Assembly: GCA_003344405.1 (NCBI GenBank)
Contig: NOWV01000012.1
Coordinates: 186,001 to 250,000, forward strand
DNA from: Trichoplax sp. H2
Lineage: Eukaryota
DNA length: 64,000 bases
Direction of reading: 5' to 3'
Numbering within the stretch: the first letter of the stretch is position 1; each line of letters starts with the position of its first letter. Positions 56,401-64,000 of this stretch are shown here, in pieces. The notes beneath the pieces were generated by a model. That model saw nothing but the letters and a program-made list of their open reading frames with translations, was not told the DNA's origin and ran no database searches. The translations under genes were made by a program, and so were the position numbers.

Positions 56401-59400
56401 CTATTTCGAATCAGAAGTCAGAAGGTGCACAGGCGTCGGAATAATTGTTGTTCCTCGTCGTATTTGACCCCATCCAATCAATCTACAAAAATACTTTAGG
56501 TTAGATATTATTTCGCAGTGCGTAAAACTGAACACTCGTGTAATCCATACGATAGTGGAAATAATGACAAATTTTAATCTGGTAACTAAATTTAAAACTA
56601 CTTTTCTTGGTATAGCGATAAATACGATACCTCCAGTGTTTTTCTACTCTCCTACTTAGAGCAATTTTTTCTCCCGTTTCGGTACAGACTGGTTGTGTTA
56701 GTAATACCTTTGCTAAATCAGCTTTGACAGCAACTACTCTGCCTCCCGTTGAAAGCGATCCAATATTTACCATTAGGACTTCATTTTTAGATAGTTTCTG
56801 AACCTAGAATTTTCAAATGAACAGAAATTTAGAACATCAAAACAACTTATAGTTTAAAGAAATGGCATTTGTAGGTCATACAAGTTTCTTTTTACTTTAC
56901 GACAGACATATAACTTAGGACTTAATTGAACACTAACTTGCGTAAATCTACATCACTTGGAATTATAAGCAACAGCAATGATTACGAAATTTTTCATTAT
57001 TAATATTTACAAATATTACTGCATTTTTTGTGACAGCTTTGTTCGAGTAAATCGGCCCGAGCAAAAATTCTATTCAAACATTATCCATTACTATCAGTGT
57101 AATTACTATTACAATCTACCTATGTCATAAGTTTATAACATTACCAATTTGATATGGATACAACTAAGTTATAATACTATTAACCAATAGCTATTTGCGC
57201 TTTGTTTCAATTTTAATATATATAAATAATAAGGTAATAGTTGCTTACTTTAGCCCCTTTCTTATCACCTTCGGTACGAACTCCAAGGAGACGTTTTAAT
57301 AAGAAAAAGCTGATCTCAATCTCAGTATAGATACTAGGCAAACCGTCAATACCTCCTAGTACCTGCACATCAAATAATTTGTAGTTAGCCCACATATAAA
57401 ATTTGTATCAACTTTTTATTGATCCTCACATTCACAGGTAGATTGTCACTTACCTGGCCAACCATTCTGTCACCTCGACAAAGCGTTGGATCAATTTTTG
57501 TTCCAACACCTAAAAAGTGTAATTGGTACAATTATTAAGATTAATCAGAACTGTAAGCCCAATACAAGAATTCGTTCTGCTATTGTTACCAATTAGGCCA
57601 CCAGGGACGGCATATTGGAGATCATTTTTCTCAGCATACAGAGATACTATTTTAGATACAATAGGTGTACAAACTATTTCTCCATCTTTATTTTTCGATA
57701 CAATGCCAGGCCTAACTTCAATCTCTTGCCCAACCTATAAAAGTGATATTCATAGTGTGATATCGTATTTACTACCATGTAATTGGGTTGCCAAGAACGT
57801 GCCAAGTCTCATTTATGATAAAACTTTGCATACCTTTAATACACCCTGAAGGATACTTCCACCAGCAACTCCACCTTTTAATTCATCAACCTCACTACCA
57901 GGTTTGTTAACATCGAAGGAACGAATGACTGATAAGATTATAGACAAAATAAACAGATCCGAATTAGATAAAAGAATATGGAATCATTTATAGCGATAAA
58001 TGTTGAATTGATGAACTAAGCTTAATGTTAGTAAATCTTGTTTATGTACCAATTAAGCGAGGATCAGCTAGAAAATCCCTAACTGGTAATGGAATCTTTT
58101 TACAGATGTATTCACATACAACTTCAATGTTATACTTCAGTTGGGCTGATATTGGAATTACAGGGGCTGACTCAGCCACGGTGCCTTAACATTTGTTTTA
58201 TATAAATACAGTTGGACATGGTTAGAGGAAATCATTTATACTTTATACATTATTAATACAATTAATTATAATCGAATTAACACTTGGAAAATGTTTTATT
58301 ACCAACCGTGAACAAATCTCGTAATTTTTTCATATTGGTCTTTAGCTTGACCTTCTTTAATTAAATCGATCTTATTTTGCAAAATTATGATATGATTCAA
58401 TTTCATAATTTCGATAGCGGCTAGATGCTCGGATGTCTGTGGTTGTGGACAAGATTCATTTCCAGCTAACAATCATAGAATGATGAGGCAATAAGATTAG
58501 AAAAAAGTGTATTGTAAAAAATATTTCCCTACTGTTTATACGCGTATACTAGATGTACCGATTAACAACAATGCAGCGTCCATAACTGCAGCTCCGTTTA
58601 ACATAGTTGCCATAAGGATATCGTGGCCAGGACAATCTACGAATGATACGTGTCTGTAAAATTTATATAAGACGGGGATATTAATAAGCATGCTTGACAT
58701 GGAAATTGAAATAATGCTAAAGAAATAAGAATATATCAGTATACCTTTCCAATCGAAATTTTCCGCCACATCCTGGTCGTTCACAAGGGAATACGTCCTC
58801 CTTGACGCTTCCACATGAGCGATAACAGCCAGGACGGGGACACTCGCTATTGTCACACTTGTATATCTGTCAACAAGCACAGTGTAAATTAAATTTTCCT
58901 TTATGTACAGGTAGATTGGCAAATAGCTTTTTTAACTACAAACATTTAATCACCACGAATGGAAATTCTTAGTTGCATAAATCACATAAATATAAACTTA
59001 CTTTAGCGTTAGCATATCCTAACTTGATTGTAATGTTACGTTCTAATTCACTCTTGAATCGCACAGTCTAGACACAATATTAAGATAGTATTTATTCAAA
59101 ATGAAAAGTATTGTGTAGCAAAGTATTTGGTAAGAATCGATTCATTTGTGAAAACAACATCTATTTATGTTGAAGCAGCATACGAGCGGTAATGATTACC
59201 GACTTTCTACAGTAACGTTTACGCAAGATAATTAGTCAGTAATATGTCTATATATTGGTATTTATCCTTTTACTGTTGGTAAGCAAATGTTTCAAGTTAT
59301 TACTTTCCGTAACATAGCGATCCACACGCCTTTTACTCGGCTAACAAAAGTATTTACGATACAAACAATAAAGTAAGCGTATAGTATTACATGGAGAGAT

Positions 59401-60841
59401 TTATTGTAGCCGGTTATCGCTAGTAATGAGTGTTATTGATTTTTTTGTATGTATTATCGAAAGTAGCGCATAAAGTACCTACTTCACGATTATAAAAATC
59501 ATAGGATGTTTCATTTGGATTAACTAGTCAATACATATTGCTGTACATTGATGTTTCCAGTAAAACCGCTTTACCTGCACACCAGAAATAGCTTTAACTA
59601 AAGTAGATTTCCCGTGAGCTACATGACCAATTGTACCTATAGAGAGTGAAAGTGATAAAATAAGTCATACAGTCAATAGATACGCATGGTATGGTAAGCA
59701 GTAGTCGTCTAACAGCATGACATAAAGAGAGAGTGGAATCGATGTTCTTAAAAGTCATGTATATCTACGGTACGTAGTAAAAATATCAACTGCTATATAA
59801 AATTGTAAAACGCAGTAGGATTACTTTACAATACTTGTAGGTAATGTATGTTGATAGCTGTAGACAGTTGTAATGATCCAACAATGGTGATTCACTACCA
59901 TACTGTCTAAGCATGACAATTTTTACGATATCATGGAGAGACTGTGTTTTTCAATTTACTGCATGGAATCGTTGTTGATATGAAGACTCATAAAGAGTAC
60001 GGTCAAGCTATTGGAATGCCTTTCTTATTTATTTCAATTACCGATATTAATAGTCGCCTGCCTACTAATAACTTCAGGTGTTATCGCAGAAAGCTTGTTG
60101 ATATCCTACAACAAGGAATAGAAAGACATGAGGAAAACAACCTAGTCAAATTATCTGTAATACATGCCAAGTATGACGCAAGAAAAAAATGGAAAATGCA
60201 ATGGAACATAGAATGCTGTAGGTAAATTGGAAAGCGCCACACTTGATGGGTATAAAATGAATTGCAGTTGATTTGTAAGTGGTGTAATACCAATTGAAAA
60301 AGACTGCCAAAACCGCAGCAGAAGTATCATTATGTGCCGTTGTCGATCAATCATGATCAAGTTATAAAAACTACTTTCATCAATCCATGATGACAACCAG
60401 ATCGAAATGACTGCCTTTCCAAATAGGAGTACTGTCTATTTAATAGATGTATTTTCCATTAGGAGTAGCGTAGACTGCACTATGATGAACCTGTACAACG
60501 TTCAATCAAAAATCAATCTATTGCTACTACTACTGTACTACCACCACTTTTGCATTGGTTTGGCCAAGGGTAGCAAAGAACTAATTCAATCGTAACACTA
60601 CTTGACTGAAGAAGAATGCCTTTCAAGATGAAAATATGCATGGCAGCCTTGTTGAATTAGTGAAGATGAATCCATCGCGTTCTTCTTTCGATATATAAGA
60701 GGAATCAAGTAAAAAAGGGCCAAAAAGAAGGCCATTGCAACTTACTAGTGTACTCGCATCTTGGCTAGCCAGATGCGATTGTGTTAGGGTCGTTACAGAG
60801 CCTGTATTCGCCGCTTCAGTTGGACTGGCTGTTGTCGCCAT
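56401..60841 (-). CDS. EIF2S3: Translation initiation factor eIF2 gamma subunit, multi-exon
   Basis: [98 protein letters not shown]; stop TAG at 56403-56401. Confidence 0.97.
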
Positions 60842-61377
60842 TGCTGACTGAGACTCGAGCACGTATGGCGTGGTTGCTGGCACGGAGTAAAAATCACTCG
60901 CTCTGACTGCTTTTTTTTTACAGCCTAGCGCATGAATACAGCGATTGTGATGGGTATGAAGGTGTTGAAGAGAGCGATCACATGGAGTTATGTCATGATC
61001 CGGCGGTTTGCAACTTTGTACCATTTGTATAGCCTACCGATGGTGGCAGTATAGGCATGCGCAAACTACAAGACGTTTTGGTTCTGCTTGAAAGAGCAGG
61101 GGGAAAACTATTAAATTGTGCGAGTGCATTCTCCCTTCCTATACACTCTCGTGACAGTATTTGTTGTGACGCATTTTTACTGCACTGTGCCTAGCGGCTG
61201 AGACACAGTACTGTACTCTACTCTACAGTCTACAGTACACCATCTACAGGAGTCGATGCGTCAAGTACTGTAACCCTAGGCCCAAGATGCACCATGGACT
61301 ACTTGTACAGACATGGACGCTTTCTCGCTAGCAAGGAGTCGCTTGTCCGCCTTACTCTCATTTTCAACTTCCTATAA

Positions 61378-61870
61378 AGGGACGCCTATCGCTCCAAGAT
61401 ACTACTTTTTGGATGCCACTTTCCTAATCATACGTTTACTGCCATAAAACTCAAATATAGAGTTTCATAAGGTAACGGCGCAACTCTGACGCATTAATCA
61501 TCACCATACCAACTCTTTCTCCTTCTTAAGCAGTCGCCGTCGCCTTTCCCTCATCTTAATTAAACTCCATATTAATAGGGACACCTATCGCTCCAAGATA
61601 CTACTTTTTGGATGCCACTTTCCTAATCATACGTTTACTGCCATAAAACTCAAATATAGAGTTTCATAAGGTAACGGCGCAACTCTGACGCATTAATCAT
61701 CACCATACCAACTCTTTCTCCTTCTTAAGCAGTCGCCGTCGCCTTTCCCTCATCTTAATTAAACTCCATATTAATAGGGACACCTATCGCTCCAAGATAC
61801 TTTTTTATCCAACTTTCGTAATCATACGTTCACTGCCACCATAAAATTCAAACATACAATTTCATAAAGG
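61378..61870. repeat. Tandem repeat, ~199-bp unit, ~2.5 copies
   Basis: AGGGAC(G/A)CCTATCGCTCCAAGATA starts at 61378, 61577 and 61776; first two copies nearly identical, third diverged and truncated. Confidence 0.92.
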
Positions 61871-62314
61871 AAACGTATGGATTATATACAGTACAACGAG
61901 CGTCAGTTGTAGTGAACGAGGGGTCTACTAGGACAGCATTCTACTGTATATTTCAGGGGAATTATGGATGGTTGGATTCCCCTGATTTTCTTGGGGGGGC
62001 TACAGCTCGTACTAAAAGCTGTTAAAACCGCAATATTTCACTTTCTAAATGGCATAAGGGAAGTAAAATTTTTAATTGTAACAGTTTTACATTAAGCATA
62101 GAGAAGAATACAATAATTGCTGTACTGTACAGTGTAGACTGGACACTCACAGTAAAACTGTTTACTGTGCAAGTTCGTATACGAGTATTCGCGTATATGT
62201 AGTACAGCATATACAGTACTATAAGTAAAAGCTGATGTCTACACGAGTCTACACGAAAGTGCCAGGATTCTTTAAATCTTACCAATTGATTGCCTATATT
62301 TATAGGCGGCAGTA

Positions 62315-62391
62315 GCAGAATTATCAATGGCTTCAATTTAAAAGGTGAGCTAAAGTTACGTCTTTGAAATTGAAGCCATTGATAACTCAGT
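62315..62391. other. Long hairpin (19-bp perfect inverted repeat with extended pairing)
   Basis: TTATCAATGGCTTCAATTT (62321-62339) pairs with AAATTGAAGCCATTGATAA (62367-62385). Confidence 0.8.
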
Positions 62392-64000
62392 GGATTTCCT
62401 TTACAGTATTTATATTATTATTATGCAGGAGAACATGATGCGTTACGAGTAGAATTAAAACCCAGATTTTATCATCATAACGAAATGAATGAAATTGACC
62501 GGATTGCTCCTATCGTATACGCATACTGGAAAACTTTTGTGGCTTGAATAACACTTTTTGCCTGCCAAATTGCACATTGACATAAACGTAGTACTTTAGT
62601 ACAATACTGCATCAAATAGAAATGCATTTTAATTTTAATTTCTTCTTATGTCTGCAAGGATTGACGACAGTTACATAAGATGATCATAGACATCCTCTGC
62701 ATATAAAGATAAAACACAAAGATATCAACCCGTTTTTGATGATTGACCAGTACACAAACACTATACGGAATCTGGGCAGAATCAATAGAGGAAATCTACC
62801 GTCATGGCTCTCCAATAATAATAACTGCCCTTGATATAGTTCTTGAATCAATGTTAGACTATTATCACGCAATGCACATAGTATCAATTGGACATAATCT
62901 GCGTTGGACTAGATTAAAAAAATTTGCACGCTAAGCCACTAAAGGTGTTACAACAATCGGATAATACTGCATGTAGTTATTTGGAAATTAGTAAACCACG
63001 AAACATCGCATTATAAGATATGTGATAGATATGACCAGTAAAATAATAATACCAATATGGATAGGCCTAACCTGAACGAAAAGGTTACCTGGAATTAAAT
63101 TAATTAAAAGCTAACAGAGGTAATCTAACAGTAAGAAATGAGCAAGTCTTACTCTATCAGTTTATGAAGTTGTCGCATGATAGATGTTTCTATTCTACGC
63201 TGCACGTATTCATCCACTACATTTAAATCATACCTTGAAGGTATATAATAAAAACACACTGTACTGTATAAAACATAAAGTCTCGGCGTAATATAAAAAT
63301 AAAAATAATATATCTTAGTTTGTAGGCAGAATATGAGAAATGAGATATTATCAAGCAGAAATCAGTTTATAATATTGTCAAGCTTAGCAAATTCCAGTTC
63401 TATAAAAGTACCGCGTAAGTATTATAACGCTAACTGTCTTTCATAACGCATTATTACCATAATGAACACATCTTATTAGATAATTAATTGCGATGATAGT
63501 AAAATAGAATAGCTAGATTTATAAAAACAAAGAACATTCTTGACTATATCTGTCACATGAGTAAATCAAATGAGGATATCAACAATCGTGAGAATATAGG
63601 AAGCCAGCCTACCATCACAACAAGTAGGACAATACAGGCTGTATTGTTTACTTAATCGCTTAACATAGTTAATATCAGAGCATTTACCACACCTGTAACG
63701 CAAAGTTAAAGCAAAATAAATATTATTGAATAAATGTGACGGCTAGATTTGTCTAATAACTAGGACTTGCAGATATCCCTAGATAATTAGCATCCTATCG
63801 TGATAGGACCAAAAATGGATTTAACTCACCCACATCCTGACTCTACTGTTACTAATTGATATTTTTATAGTATATTTTTCTATGACATGCGTCAAAAAAA
63901 TGACCTACAGGGTATAACTAATGGACTTGCTTATTTACGTTATTTATTAGTTGCGAAAAGATCACGTGTTCTACTATTGGATCCAATACGTTCATTATTG

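Noticed and set aside
60842-61024. In-frame 61-codon N-terminal extension of eIF2-gamma
   Set aside because: No recognisable similarity; ATG 60841 fits the usual N-terminus; TSS unknown.
62420-63260. Exon-like fragments on either strand near the window end
   Set aside because: Could not be joined into a consistent frame or assigned to a family.

Overview
AT-rich, intron-rich animal genomic DNA. The gene content (a YY-amide-type peptide precursor, intronless class C GPCRs, many short introns) suggests a placozoan (Trichoplax-like); this is an inference. Nine protein-coding genes were reconstructed by hand: a secreted Tyr/Asp-rich peptide precursor (+), Ashwin/C2orf49 (-), myosin VI (+), RPL24 (+), CCDC28 (-), two convergent single-exon mGluR-like GPCRs (+/-), a TMEM272-like gene (+), site-2 protease MBTPS2 (+) and eIF2-gamma (-). 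The most striking structure is the GPCR pair. The two otherwise diverged paralogues share an ~809-bp tract, apparently nucleotide-identical, in inverted orientation and in frame within the Venus-flytrap domain. Recombination between the tracts would flip ~9 kb and swap the CRD/7TM halves of the two receptors. Other observations: myosin VI lacks insert-1; GPCR-A has an out-of-frame start ATG; MBTPS2 has a probable U12 intron; (ACTGT/ACAGT)n arrays mark housekeeping promoters; a pre-miRNA-sized hairpin; two local tandem duplications in promoter regions.
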